Of a stretch of DNA of 64,000 nt, positions 37,710 through 48,109 are shown one piece after another. The DNA is from Bdellovibrionales bacterium (lineage in GTDB: Bacteria > Bdellovibrionota > Bdellovibrionia > Bdellovibrionales > CAYMLA01), in contig OZ244239.1 of NCBI GenBank assembly GCA_965217115.1, positions 1,792,001 through 1,856,000 of the forward strand. The letters run 5' to 3'. The stretch's first letter is position 1. Every line of letters starts with the position of its first letter. The translations under genes and the position numbers were made by a program. The notes under the pieces are model-generated. The model did not search any database and was not told the DNA's origin. It saw nothing but the letters and a program-made list of their open reading frames with translations.

Positions 37710-38539
37710 AAAAGAAAGTATTTAGGGTTTATTTAAGTTTTTCTATACATTGTTTAGTCATTCTGGGCCTTGTTGGTTGCTCTGGGGTTAAGATTAAAAA
37801 AATCAAGATCGGATTTCAAAAGAGAGCGAAGGTAGTTAGGGATTCATATCAGAAAAAAAGTGGGCATGTTGAGAGAAGATACAAGAAGCTTTCAGAAGCC
37901 TACAATAAGAAAAGTGAAGCTGATTTTATAAAAGAAGTTAGGACTTCATTGAGTAAGAACAAGAAAGACCTGAAAGCACTTAATTTACTAGCAATATATC
38001 ATTTAAATAAAAGAAGGTTTGGACTGGCCAGAACTATTTTTGCCAGGGCTTTAGGGAGTCATCCCAGGTCTTCGGCAATTCACAATAATTTAGGAGTAAT
38101 TAATTTATTAGAAAAAAAACGCAAAAAAGCTATTAAGAGTTTTAAGAAAGCTATTAATGAGGATTCAAATAATTTTTCCGCGATCATGAATTTGGCGACT
38201 ATTTATATACAGAATGATTCCTACGAAAAAGCGGAGAAACTTTTGAAAAGAGCTTATAGAGAAAAACCAAAAAACTTAGAGGTTTTAACCTATTATAGTT
38301 TGGTTTTATCAGAGACCAAGGACTTTAGTCGAGCAAAGAAGATTTATAAAAAGGCTCTTAGTCTAGGAGCAGGTTTAGAAAATCATATTAATTATGCGAT
38401 TTTATTGGTTGATAGTATGTCTGATAGTAAGATGGGGTTAGTGGAGATTAAGAAAATTAAATTAAAAACTCTGAATTCTCGGCAGAGAAAATTATTAAGC
38501 AACTTGGAGAAAAGATCCTTAAGTGGATTGAAGAGGTAA
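37706..38539 (+). CDS. gltE: TPR lipoprotein, GltE/AglT-like
   Basis: LVGC lipobox, NNLGV TPRs. Confidence 0.7.
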   Translation: MKKKVFRVYLSFSIHCLVILGLVGCSGVKIKKIKIGFQKRAKVVRDSYQKKSGHVERRYKKLSEAYNKKSEADFIKEVRTSLSKNKKDLKALNLLAIYHLNKRRFGLARTIFARALGSHPRSSAIHNNLGVINLLEKKRKKAIKSFKKAINEDSNNFSAIMNLATIYIQNDSYEKAEKLLKRAYREKPKNLEVLTYYSLVLSETKDFSRAKKIYKKALSLGAGLENHINYAILLVDSMSDSKMGLVEIKKIKLKTLNSRQRKLLSNLEKRSLSGLKR

Positions 38540-38545
38540 GGAATT

Positions 38546-38803
38546 ATGAAATTTATATTTTATTTAATTTTAATAATGCCCTTTTTTGCAACAGTGTCCT
38601 ATGGGCAAAGTGAGGGAGAGAATGAAGCTCGCAAAGAAGCCCTCTCTTTTGACGATGAATTGATCCAAGGTTCATCGCAAAAACCAGAGTTGTTTTATTT
38701 ATTACAGAAAAAGAGATTTAATTATAAGCGATTGATACGGCTTAGATCAAATTTTTTACCTGAGATGAGAAAAGCAACGGAGAGTGTGAATTTTAAAAAG
38801 TAA
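38546..38803 (+). CDS. gltF: GltF/CglF-like small exported protein
   Basis: FDDELIQG...LIRLRSNF..EM motif. Confidence 0.65.
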   Translation: MKFIFYLILIMPFFATVSYGQSEGENEARKEALSFDDELIQGSSQKPELFYLLQKKRFNYKRLIRLRSNFLPEMRKATESVNFKK

Positions 38804-38854
38804 TGTGATTGAGAGGAACCAACAAAAGAGTGTGCATCTTAGAAGGAAGCGTGA

Positions 38855-40900
38855 TTGAAGAAACCTATTGTAATTAAGATTTTTGATGAAAAAGGTCATC
38901 TTGTCGAAGTTAGACAATTTGATAAGGATCAAATCGTTTTTGGTCATCAGGGTGAAGTTGATCTTGATTTAGAAAGCTCTGAAGTAGCTCCTATTCATGC
39001 GCTTATTGAAAAGAGGGAAGGCAGCTATTTTCTTTGTGATTTAGGGTCTCAGAGTGGAACTCTTCTTAATGGTAAAAATATTCTAGATGAAGCCATACAA
39101 GATGGGGATAAGATACAAATAGGCCCCTATCGGATGGAATTCTACATTGGTTTGTCTAAGAAAACAGAAGCCACGACGCAGAAAGACGATTCTGAAGCAC
39201 TTCCTCCTCCGATACCTCAGTCTGATAGTGAAGCTTATGGTTCTTCTAAAAAAGATTCAAAGGAGAATAAATATAAAGGGGCATTAAAGCTTCCCGGAAA
39301 ATGGGAAGAGCCCCCTAAGGTTGCTTCAGAGCCTCTTGAGAAAGGCCCGAAGTATAAAGAACAGAAACGACACACACCTGGAACTTTTGCTCCGCCGAGC
39401 GCTTACAAGAGTGTGAAAGATTTTATTCGAGGAGAAAAGGGGAGTGTCGTTGAAGTTCTTGTTGTTTGGCAGGAAAGAATCTTAGAGAGTTATCATTTTT
39501 CGAAGAGACAAGTAGTTAGAATAGGAACCTCAGAGAGTAATGATATCGTTGTTCCTTTGGGGAGTGGTAATAAGACACAGCCTTTTTTGAAAGTGAATAA
39601 TGGGGTTGTAGTGTGCTTAACTTCTGACATGAAAGGAGAGGTTGTTAGTGGGAATAAATCCCAGAGTTTACTTGAGTTATCTAAAAGTGAGAAGATAGAT
39701 AAAAGTGGGAAGTATTATCAATTAAATTTGCAGCAAGGGCAGATGGCATGTATTGAGGTTTCTGCAGGGGGAGTTTCTCTTTACGTACGTTACACTGCAG
39801 AAATGCCGACGCCTATTTTAGCTCCACCACTTGCAATGACTCTGAGTGAAATTACAGGAACTGTTTTATCCTTTGTTCTCGTTGGACTGTTGGCTCTCTA
39901 CATGTTGGTTTATAGCCCAGAGAAGATCATAGAAGAAGAAGATAAAAACCAAATTAGGATTGCTAAGTTTATTTATAAAGCACCTGAAAAGCCTCTGCCG
40001 AAGCTTGAAAAAGTTGTTTTAAAAAAGAAGGTAAGAAAAAAGGTTTTAAAAAAGGTACATGTAAAGAAAAGAGCTAAAAAAGTAAAAAGAAAGAAGAAAA
40101 AAATTAAAATATCAGGTCGTTCGAATTCAAAAAGGAAATTGAAGAAGGGCAAGGCCGCTAAAGTTAGGAAATTCAAAACGAAAAGAAAACGGCCTAAGAA
40201 GTTTACTTCATCTAAATCAGGTGGAGGAGTGAAGTTAGGAAAAAAAGCTGGTGCGGGAGCAAAGAGCCGCAAGAAGGATATAAGCAAGCTTGGGTTGTTT
40301 AGTGCTTTTGGTAATAAAGGAACAAGAGAAAAATTGGATAAGAGTTACTCAGGAGCAGGTGGATTATTAGGATTGGCAGATAAAGCAACGGGAGCATCAG
40401 GAAGCTCTGAATCGAGGGCAGGTCAAGATGTGGGGACAAAATTGAAATCAACTGGTGCTGCTGGTAAAGGCATTGCTGTACAGGGTATAGCCAAAGTTGG
40501 AACTAAAGGGCGCTCTAGTGGGCATTCAGGTTATGGCCGTGCATCATTAGGAAGTAAAAAATCGATGCAAATCACGCCTGGAGGACAGGAAGAGAGGTTT
40601 GTTGGTTCCATTGATCGAGAAGCTGTTCGTCGAGTGGTGCGTGCGGGATTGTCGGCGATTCGCTCTTGCTATGAAAGGGCTCTGAACAGAAAGAGTGGAT
40701 TGAGTGGAAAAATTGTTATGCAATGGTCAATTGTGGAGCATGGAAGAGCGACAAAAGCTATTATTAAATCGAGCACTTTGAACGATAAAAAGATGCAGAA
40801 ATGTATGAAGAATAGGCTTTTAACTTGGAAATTCCCATATCCTCCTCAGGGATCATATGCGGAAGTGACATACCCATTTGTGTTTAATAGCTCTAGGTAG
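38855..40900 (+). CDS. gltG: FHA + TM + TonB-C-like (AgmX/PglI C-terminal) protein, GltG-like
   Basis: DLGS..GTLLNG FHA; single TM; IRSCYERAL..SGK...WKFP.P...VTYPFVF. Confidence 0.8.
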   Translation: MKKPIVIKIFDEKGHLVEVRQFDKDQIVFGHQGEVDLDLESSEVAPIHALIEKREGSYFLCDLGSQSGTLLNGKNILDEAIQDGDKIQIGPYRMEFYIGLSKKTEATTQKDDSEALPPPIPQSDSEAYGSSKKDSKENKYKGALKLPGKWEEPPKVASEPLEKGPKYKEQKRHTPGTFAPPSAYKSVKDFIRGEKGSVVEVLVVWQERILESYHFSKRQVVRIGTSESNDIVVPLGSGNKTQPFLKVNNGVVVCLTSDMKGEVVSGNKSQSLLELSKSEKIDKSGKYYQLNLQQGQMACIEVSAGGVSLYVRYTAEMPTPILAPPLAMTLSEITGTVLSFVLVGLLALYMLVYSPEKIIEEEDKNQIRIAKFIYKAPEKPLPKLEKVVLKKKVRKKVLKKVHVKKRAKKVKRKKKKIKISGRSNSKRKLKKGKAAKVRKFKTKRKRPKKFTSSKSGGGVKLGKKAGAGAKSRKKDISKLGLFSAFGNKGTREKLDKSYSGAGGLLGLADKATGASGSSESRAGQDVGTKLKSTGAAGKGIAVQGIAKVGTKGRSSGHSGYGRASLGSKKSMQITPGGQEERFVGSIDREAVRRVVRAGLSAIRSCYERALNRKSGLSGKIVMQWSIVEHGRATKAIIKSSTLNDKKMQKCMKNRLLTWKFPYPPQGSYAEVTYPFVFNSSR

Positions 40901-40943
40901 AGTTAAAATATATGAGTAGGCGTTAACAACAGGGAGAAAAACA

Positions 40944-41606
40944 GTGGAAGAAAATACTATAGAACAAACACATTGGATAGTGAGGTCTTTTGTTGAAGGG
41001 GGACCAGTCATGTATGCGATTGCTCTTTTTGGCATTCTGACGGTGATGCTGATTTTAGAGCGCTTTTTTAAATTGAGAAATTTAACAATTGATAAAGATG
41101 AGTTGAATAATAATATTTATTCGATGATTTTGCGTGGTGATGTTAGACAAGCGATTGCCTATTGTGATGGAAAGCCAGCTCCCCTGACTAATACACTAAA
41201 AGCAGGGATGGTAGCTTTACTTAACAAGCGCCCTGACGAAGAGATTCAGGTGGCTATGGACGCCTGTGTTTTGAGAGAGTCTCCTAAGTTTGAAGGGTGG
41301 TCAGGGTTTCTGGCTGTGTTTGGTAATGTCGCTGTTTTGTCAGGACTGTTAGGGACAATTATGGGTATGATCACTTCATTTAGAGCGGTGGCAACGGCTG
41401 ATCCAGCTCAAAAGGCGGAGGAATTATCAAGAGGTATCTCCCATGCTTTGAACTGTACGGCTTTTGGGTTGTTAGTGGCGATTTTGGCGATCGTTAGCTA
41501 CGGTTGGTTTCAAGTGCAGATATCACGTGGAGAAAATGATCTGCATGAAAGTAGTATGAGTTTAATGAACTTGGTTGCTTCTAATCGAGATAAAATTAAG
41601 GGTTAG
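40944..41606 (+). CDS. aglR: MotA/TolQ/ExbB channel, AglR-like
   Basis: GLLGTIMGMI, GISHALNCTAFGL. Confidence 0.82.
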   Translation: MEENTIEQTHWIVRSFVEGGPVMYAIALFGILTVMLILERFFKLRNLTIDKDELNNNIYSMILRGDVRQAIAYCDGKPAPLTNTLKAGMVALLNKRPDEEIQVAMDACVLRESPKFEGWSGFLAVFGNVAVLSGLLGTIMGMITSFRAVATADPAQKAEELSRGISHALNCTAFGLLVAILAIVSYGWFQVQISRGENDLHESSMSLMNLVASNRDKIKG

Positions 41607-41614
41607 TATTAACG

Positions 41615-42088
41615 ATGGGACAGAATGAAACTGGCGGCAGAGGTCGTCGTAAAGCTAATTTAGAACTTAATTTGATACCTATCATTGATTTAATGAGTGT
41701 GTTGATAACATTCTTGTTAATTACGGCGGTTTGGACACAGGTTTCGATGTTACAAATTGGAAGTTCTGTTTATGGCAAAAGATCAGATACTGAGAAAGTG
41801 AAGCCACCACCTGATGCAGGGATCGTTCTGAGACTAGATATTAAGCGTAAAAGCTATATTTTAACAGTGGGGAAGAAAAAATATTTTCTTGCAAAGGTGA
41901 GTGGCAAATATGATAGAGAGGGTCTAGCAAAAAAATTAGAAGGGGTTAAGAAGCGTTATCCTAAAAAAACTGACGTCGCATTGAGTATGTCTGATGATTT
42001 GGCCTATCATAATTTAATTAATGGAATGGATGTTTTACTGAATTCTGGTTTTGTGCAGATAGCAATTGCTACAGGGGGGCCTGAATAA
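41615..42088 (+). CDS. aglQ: ExbD/TolR family, AglQ-like
   Basis: LNLIPIIDLMSVLITFLL. Confidence 0.75.
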   Translation: MGQNETGGRGRRKANLELNLIPIIDLMSVLITFLLITAVWTQVSMLQIGSSVYGKRSDTEKVKPPPDAGIVLRLDIKRKSYILTVGKKKYFLAKVSGKYDREGLAKKLEGVKKRYPKKTDVALSMSDDLAYHNLINGMDVLLNSGFVQIAIATGGPE

Positions 42089-42699
42089 TGCCAATTCATA
42101 ATCCTGGAATAAAGTTTCGTCGTCATCGGTTATTAAGCAAGAGAAACTCTAAGCGAGAGATGGTAGCCTTATTGTCTTTAACGGCGATGGTAGATATGTT
42201 TACAGTTTTAGTGATATTTCTTTTACAAAATTATAAAACGGACAATGTGATTTTGCATATTCCAAAAGAAGTTGTTTTACCCGTGGCCTCATCAACAAAG
42301 GAGTTAAAGCCATCTCATGTGGTGACAATTTCTCCTGACGGTATATTGCTTGGTAAGGATAAAATAATTTCATTTTTAGATGTAAAAGAACAAAAAGATT
42401 GGATGATCACACCGTTGTTTTTGGCTTTGAAAAGAAATATAAATAGGAAGAAAATTGAGTTAAGGCTGGGCTTAAGAAGATCGTTGAGAGAAGCTGTGCG
42501 TGATGACAATCGTCAAAAGGGGAGTAAATCAACGGAAAAACCTACTAGTCCTGAGTGGAGTAAAGTCACTGTTCAGGCTAGCAAGGATGTGGATTTTTTA
42601 ACAGTGAAAAAAATTATGTTTACAATCACAGAGGCGGGAGCATCGGAGATTAATTTTGCTGTTAGGAAAAAGTCTGAAACGAATACTGAAGGTGGTTAG
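42088..42699 (+). CDS. aglS: ExbD/TolR family, AglS-like
   Basis: LTAMVDMFTVLVIFLL. Confidence 0.75.
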   Translation: MPIHNPGIKFRRHRLLSKRNSKREMVALLSLTAMVDMFTVLVIFLLQNYKTDNVILHIPKEVVLPVASSTKELKPSHVVTISPDGILLGKDKIISFLDVKEQKDWMITPLFLALKRNINRKKIELRLGLRRSLREAVRDDNRQKGSKSTEKPTSPEWSKVTVQASKDVDFLTVKKIMFTITEAGASEINFAVRKKSETNTEGG

Positions 42700-42754
42700 G
42701 AAATATTTTTTTTGTAATCATTTAGCTTGTTCATTTCTGTATTAGGATACAAAA

Positions 42755-43732
42755 ATGATGGTTCTTATAGTTAGATTTTTATTGCCAGCTCTTAGTGTTT
42801 TCGCTGTTATATATTTTTTCATATTACCTCAAGATTTAGAGAACAAAAGTTCTTTTGTAGAAAAAAGTGAAGATTCCAATACAGAGGAACAGCTCATACA
42901 GAAAGTCCACTTAATTGAAAGTAAGGGCCATCGTAAAATTTGGGAATTATGGGCGGACAGGGCTTACGAGTATAAGGGAAAAGACACATGGGAGTTGGAG
43001 GGTGTGCGAGCACACTTTTTATCTGAAGAGGGCGGGAGTTTTAGAGTTCGTGGGGAGAGGGGAACTGTTGAGATAGAGTCAAAAAATATGGGCATTTCAG
43101 GGAAGGTGGTTATTTTATCAGAAAATGGCTATCAGTTTTCAACGAAGGCGATAAAGTATGAGGCAAGTGTTGGGCAGTTATTGTCCTCTAGCAGTGTGCA
43201 AATGCGTGGCCCTGAAGATTCAAAGAAAAAGGGGATGCTCTTAACAGGAGATCAAATGATAATAACAGTTAAGAATAGCTTAATGAGAATCTTAAAAAAT
43301 GTAAAAGCAGAAAAGAGGGTCAATGATAAATACGAAGTCCGTATTAGAAGTCAAGAGGCTGAGTTTAGTGGAAAAGCTCATTCTGCAGATTTTTTTAAGA
43401 AGGTGATTATTAACATTGAGAAGACACGGCTTATGGGTGAGAGAGCCACCTTTAAATATGGTATATTATCAAAAAATACGGGAATAAAAGGCTTGAAATC
43501 GATTCTAGTTTCAGGTGGTGTAAAGGCTGTAGGAACTGATAAATTTGTGACGGCAGGTGAGTTGGATTTTTCTTTTGCAGAGAATAAATTCACTTTCACA
43601 GGTCAGCCTAAGGTTGTAAAAGACAATGATGAATTACGAGGGAATAAAATTATTTTTCTTGATGGTGGTAAGAAGATAAGAGTGTATAAGGCAAGAGCGC
43701 GGGTAGATCGTAAAGTGGGTAGGCAACAGTGA
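42755..43732 (+). CDS. lptC: LPS export protein, LptC-LptA-like multi-jellyroll protein
   Basis: N-terminal TM, WEL.A..A, C-terminal [13 protein letters not shown]; immediately before lptB. Confidence 0.75.
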   Translation: MMVLIVRFLLPALSVFAVIYFFILPQDLENKSSFVEKSEDSNTEEQLIQKVHLIESKGHRKIWELWADRAYEYKGKDTWELEGVRAHFLSEEGGSFRVRGERGTVEIESKNMGISGKVVILSENGYQFSTKAIKYEASVGQLLSSSSVQMRGPEDSKKKGMLLTGDQMIITVKNSLMRILKNVKAEKRVNDKYEVRIRSQEAEFSGKAHSADFFKKVIINIEKTRLMGERATFKYGILSKNTGIKGLKSILVSGGVKAVGTDKFVTAGELDFSFAENKFTFTGQPKVVKDNDELRGNKIIFLDGGKKIRVYKARARVDRKVGRQQ

Positions 43733-44451
43733 GTCAGTTAAAAATTGTTGAGATTAAAAAAAAGTACAAATCTAAGGAAGTGCTGAAGGGTGTCTCTCTA
43801 TCGGTGGAATCAGGGCAAGTGGTTGGTTTACTTGGGCCTAACGGAGCGGGTAAGACCACATGTTTTTATGGCGTGGTGGGGATTATCTCTTCTGATGAGG
43901 GTGAAATACTTATAGATGACCAGAGTGTAATTGATTTACCTGTCTATGAAAGGGCGCGTAATGGTCTGAGCTACTTACCTCAAGAGTCGAGTATTTTCCA
44001 TAAATTGACAGTGAGAGAGAATATTTTAGTGGCTTTAGAGGCAAATAAGGTTTCACTATTGCGTCGTGAATCAAAGTTGAAGCAATTATTACAGGACTTT
44101 CAAATTCAGGATATTGAAGACAATTATGGCTATAGCTTGTCTGGGGGGGAGAGACGTCGTGTGGAAATAGCTAGATCATTGGCTGGGTCTCCTAAGTTTT
44201 TATTGTTGGATGAACCTTTTGCAGGGATAGACCCTATCGCTGTGGGTGATATTCAGAGTATAATAAGAAAGTTGAAGGAGAAAAATATTGGAATCTTAAT
44301 TACAGATCATAACGTTCGTGAGACTTTGGGTATTTGTGATTATGCATATATTTTAAAAGATGGTAGAATTGAGGTAGAGGGGAGCCCAGAGCAGGTGGCG
44401 GAATCTGATGTGGCGCGTAAATTTTATTTAGGGGAAAACTTTAGTTTGTAG
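43729..44451 (+). CDS. lptB: LPS export ABC ATPase
   Basis: [34 protein letters not shown]. Confidence 0.96.
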   Translation: MSQLKIVEIKKKYKSKEVLKGVSLSVESGQVVGLLGPNGAGKTTCFYGVVGIISSDEGEILIDDQSVIDLPVYERARNGLSYLPQESSIFHKLTVRENILVALEANKVSLLRRESKLKQLLQDFQIQDIEDNYGYSLSGGERRRVEIARSLAGSPKFLLLDEPFAGIDPIAVGDIQSIIRKLKEKNIGILITDHNVRETLGICDYAYILKDGRIEVEGSPEQVAESDVARKFYLGENFSL

Positions 44452-44467
44452 GTATTAGGAACTTATT

Positions 44468-45910
44468 ATGGCTGGTTTAAAACAATCTTTATCTCTTAAA
44501 CAATCATTGCGTATGACACCGCAATTGCAGCAGGCGATTAAGCTGCTGCAATTGTCACGTATGGAATTGTCAGAGGCAGTTCTTAAGGAGTTAGAAGAAA
44601 ATCCTGTTCTAGAAGAAACCTTAGAAAAGAGTGAGGGCTTATCAGATAAGCAGGAGAATAATAGTGATGAAGGAGACACTTCACCCGATGTTCCAGATTC
44701 TATGGAAGGGACTGATCAGGACCCCCGTAAGCAGGATGAATTTGAGTGGGAGACTTATTTAGAGAGTAATTACAAGCCCCCTTCTTCGTCAGGAGGAGGT
44801 AGCGAAGAGATAATGAATTATGAAAATATTATCTCCAGTGAACAGACATTGAATGAACATTTGATGTGGCAAGTGAAGATGTCTGGCTTTAATGAAGAAG
44901 AGGAGTACTTGGCAGGGTTGCTTGTCTCTTATATTGATGATGATGGTTACTTAAAAAGCCCAATAACTCAAATCGCAGAGGAAGAGCAGATAGACCCAGA
45001 AGAGTTGGAGAGCATGGTTCCATTTATTCATGAGTTTGACCCTCCAGGGGTGGGGGCTAGAAATCTTAAAGAGTGTCTTTTGGTTCAGGCAAAGCATTTA
45101 GAAGAGGACACCCATGACCTTGTTTATTTACTTAAAAATCACCTAAAAGATTTGGAAAAGAAAAATTATCCAGCGATTGCCAAGGCGATGGAGGTGGCCG
45201 TTGAGGATGTTGTGGCTATGTGTCAGATCATTTACTCCATGGACCCTAAACCAGGTCGTCAGTTTGTAACTCATGATACACATTATGTAACCCCCGATGT
45301 GTATGTTTATAAGGTGGGAGATGAGTATGTGGTTTCTCTTAATGAGGATGGGCTTCCTCGGTTAAAAGTATCGAACTTTTACAAAAACATGCTTCAAGGT
45401 GAGGAGTCTAAGGGGGAGACGAAAGATTATATTCAAGAGAAATTAAAATCGGCAGTTTGGTTGATTAAGTCGATCCATCAGAGACAACGTACAATTTACA
45501 AAGTAACCGAGAGTATAGTAAAGAAGCAGAATGATTTTTTTGAAAAGGGTTCTGCTCACATTAAACCGATGATTTTACGTGATGTGGCCAGCGATATTGG
45601 TATGCATGAATCGACGGTGAGTCGAGTGACAACGGCGAAGTATGTTCATACTCCCCAGGGGATCTATGAATTAAAATACTTCTTTAATTCAGCAATTAGT
45701 AAAACAGATGGTGATTCTTTAGCGAGTGAATCTGTAAAATTAAAGATTAAGGATTTAATAGCCAAAGAAGACACTAAGCATCCATTGTCTGATCAGAAAA
45801 TTGTGGATTTGCTAAAAGAAGATGGGCTAAAAATTGCTCGTCGTACGGTGGCTAAGTATCGGGATGTTTTAAAAATACTCCCCTCTAGTAAGCGCAAAAG
45901 ATACCTCTAG
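44468..45910 (+). CDS. rpoN: RNA polymerase sigma-54 factor
   Basis: TPQLQQAIKLLQL, HESTVSR, ARRTVAKYR RpoN box. Confidence 0.97.
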   Translation: MAGLKQSLSLKQSLRMTPQLQQAIKLLQLSRMELSEAVLKELEENPVLEETLEKSEGLSDKQENNSDEGDTSPDVPDSMEGTDQDPRKQDEFEWETYLESNYKPPSSSGGGSEEIMNYENIISSEQTLNEHLMWQVKMSGFNEEEEYLAGLLVSYIDDDGYLKSPITQIAEEEQIDPEELESMVPFIHEFDPPGVGARNLKECLLVQAKHLEEDTHDLVYLLKNHLKDLEKKNYPAIAKAMEVAVEDVVAMCQIIYSMDPKPGRQFVTHDTHYVTPDVYVYKVGDEYVVSLNEDGLPRLKVSNFYKNMLQGEESKGETKDYIQEKLKSAVWLIKSIHQRQRTIYKVTESIVKKQNDFFEKGSAHIKPMILRDVASDIGMHESTVSRVTTAKYVHTPQGIYELKYFFNSAISKTDGDSLASESVKLKIKDLIAKEDTKHPLSDQKIVDLLKEDGLKIARRTVAKYRDVLKILPSSKRKRYL

Positions 45911-46129
45911 TGCGCAAGAAGAGTGACATCTTCTGAACTCTAAATGAAATTAATTAATGGGAATTCCTATGATGTGGTTCATAATGAGATATTTAATATG
46001 ATTTTAATTTTTTTTTAATGGACTGACATTTGAGCTGTTTTTTTTGAGTGTTTTGGGTGATTGGCCTATTCTTTTGTCTAGTTTCGACCGATAAGTTCAA
46101 CTGATAGAAACTTATATTAGGAGGGTTTT

Positions 46130-46474
46130 ATGGAAGTAAATATTCGGTTTAAAAATACGGATCACTGCGAGGTTGTCGCTGATTTTGTGAAGAGTAAGCT
46201 GAATAAACTAAAGCGTTTTGAATCGGAAAAACCACAAATTGTAGATGTTTGTTTCTTTCGCCGTAACCACTCTTATGCCGCGACGTTCCACTACAGTCAG
46301 GGTAAAATGATGTTGGATGCCCAGGCCTTGGGGGGAAGTTTTGCGATGGCTTCGGAGCAGGGAATTAAAAGGATTGTGTCTCAATTGCTCAAAAAGACAA
46401 AAATGTCAAAGTCTCATAAGAAGAAGAGAATCTCTAGTGATGTTCGAGCAAGGGAATTGAAGAAAACAGGATAG
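46130..46474 (+). CDS. Divergent HPF/RaiA-family ribosome-associated protein
   Basis: Position after rpoN, size, 'KLNKLKRF' and beta-alpha pattern. Confidence 0.6.
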   Translation: MEVNIRFKNTDHCEVVADFVKSKLNKLKRFESEKPQIVDVCFFRRNHSYAATFHYSQGKMMLDAQALGGSFAMASEQGIKRIVSQLLKKTKMSKSHKKKRISSDVRARELKKTG

Positions 46475-46496
46475 AGTTAATTAGTAGTAGGATATT

Positions 46497-46525
46497 TTGA
46501 CCTAGTGGCTCTGTTTTGCTAGAAA
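46497..46525 (+). promoter_or_regulatory. Putative sigma70 promoter of metK (TTGACC-N17-TAGAAA)
   Basis: Consensus-like hexamers with 17-nt spacer. Confidence 0.5.
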
Positions 46526-46559
46526 AGGCTTCTCATCTTTAATTTATGGAGCTTTTTTT

Positions 46560-47720
46560 ATGAATCAATTTCTTTTTACCAGTGAATCAGTTTCAGAAGG
46601 TCATCCTGATAAAATAGCGGATCAGATCAGTGATGCCGTTTTGGATGCAGCTTTAGCTGGGGATGAAAAAAGTCGAGTGGCCGCAGAGACGATGATAACG
46701 ACGGGTATGGCTATAGTTTCTGGTGAGATTACGACCAATGCCAAGGTTGATATTCAGGAGACTGTTCGTCGTGTGGTGAAAGATATTGGATATGACAGTA
46801 GTGAAAAGGGTTTTGATTATCAAACATGTGCAATCCTAGCTTCTATAGACAAGCAGAGTTCAGATATTGCGATGGGTGTGGATGACGGAATGAATAAAGA
46901 ACAAGGTGCCGGAGATCAAGGGTTGATGTTTGGTTATGCAACCAATGAGACTCAAGAGCAAATGCCTTTATCAATCTCTTTATCCCATGATTTAGTTAAG
47001 TTCATGGCTGAGCAAAGAAAAAAGGGTTCTCTAGATTTTTTGTGGCCAGATAGCAAAAGTCAGGTCACTGTTGAATATGAGGGCGATAAGCCTAAGCGTG
47101 TGGATACGGTGGTCGTCTCTTCTCAGCACAGTCCAGATGTTTCTCTAGAACAAATTCGCGAGGCGATTATTGAACAAGTGATTAAGAAGGTCATTCCTGA
47201 TTGTTGGGTTGATAGTAAGACAAAGTTTCATATTAATCCTACGGGAAGATTTGTGATTGGAGGTCCACAGGGTGATTGTGGCCTTACTGGTCGTAAAATT
47301 ATTGTGGACACCTACGGTGGACATGGGGCCCACGGTGGTGGGGCTTTTTCGGGAAAAGATGCTTCTAAGGTCGATCGTTCGGCAGCTTATGCGACAAGGC
47401 ATATTGCTAAAAATATTGTCGCCGCAGGTTTGGCTCAGAGATGTTTGGTGCAAGTGGCCTATGCCATTGGTGTTGCTGAGCCAGTGAGTATTAATGTGAA
47501 TCATTATGGAACTGGGCAAGTTGATGAAGCTGTTTTAGCAGAGGCCATTTCTGAGATATGGACGTTGAAGCCTGCAGATATCATCAGAGATTATGATTTA
47601 TTAAAACCTCGTTATAGAAAAACGGCGGCCTATGGTCATTTTGGTCGCAACGAGGAGGAATTCACTTGGGAAAAATTGGATAAAGTCGATGAGCTAAAAG
47701 ATGTTGTTAAAACTCTGTAG
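46560..47720 (+). CDS. metK: S-adenosylmethionine synthetase
   Basis: [25 protein letters not shown]. Confidence 0.98.
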   Translation: MNQFLFTSESVSEGHPDKIADQISDAVLDAALAGDEKSRVAAETMITTGMAIVSGEITTNAKVDIQETVRRVVKDIGYDSSEKGFDYQTCAILASIDKQSSDIAMGVDDGMNKEQGAGDQGLMFGYATNETQEQMPLSISLSHDLVKFMAEQRKKGSLDFLWPDSKSQVTVEYEGDKPKRVDTVVVSSQHSPDVSLEQIREAIIEQVIKKVIPDCWVDSKTKFHINPTGRFVIGGPQGDCGLTGRKIIVDTYGGHGAHGGGAFSGKDASKVDRSAAYATRHIAKNIVAAGLAQRCLVQVAYAIGVAEPVSINVNHYGTGQVDEAVLAEAISEIWTLKPADIIRDYDLLKPRYRKTAAYGHFGRNEEEFTWEKLDKVDELKDVVKTL

Positions 47721-47725
47721 GATTT

Positions 47726-47750
47726 AGACTCTTCTCAAGGAGTCTTTTTT
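47726..47750 (+). terminator. Rho-independent terminator after metK
   Basis: AGACTCTT-ctca-AGGAGTCT then T-tract. Confidence 0.55.
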
Positions 47751-47887
47751 GTTATTATTTGAGAGACGGGCGTTGTGTTTCAAGTTATTGTCTTCGGTGA
47801 GTGTTCTTTTTGCCATAAAAAGGCCCTATTTTCCTGAAAGAGGCTTAAACATATTGCAGTATATGGCAGTTTAGGTTAGAAAGCTCT

Positions 47888-48106
47888 ATGCCTAAAAAAG
47901 TGATCACGACGATTTATATTACAGATGAACAACAGAAGCTGCTTAAAGAGCTCAATGGGCGGACGAAGGTGCCTATTGCCGAGTATATTCGCCAGGGAAT
48001 AGACCTTGTTTTGGGAAAGTACGGTGAACATTTACCAGGTCAGTTAGAGTTGGGGTTGTTGCCCGAGAACCAAGAAGACCCCTCAAAGAAAAAGGGACGG
48101 AACTGA
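47888..48106 (+). CDS. Ribbon-helix-helix DNA-binding protein
   Basis: TTIYIT.EQ..LLK.L...TKVPIAEYIRQGID. Confidence 0.8.
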   Translation: MPKKVITTIYITDEQQKLLKELNGRTKVPIAEYIRQGIDLVLGKYGEHLPGQLELGLLPENQEDPSKKKGRN

Positions 48107-48109
48107 TAT

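Noticed and set aside
46086..46094. ACCGATAA sigma28 -10-like motif upstream of the HPF-like gene (similar ACCGATAG before the LysR gene)
   Set aside because: No convincing -35 element at the expected spacing
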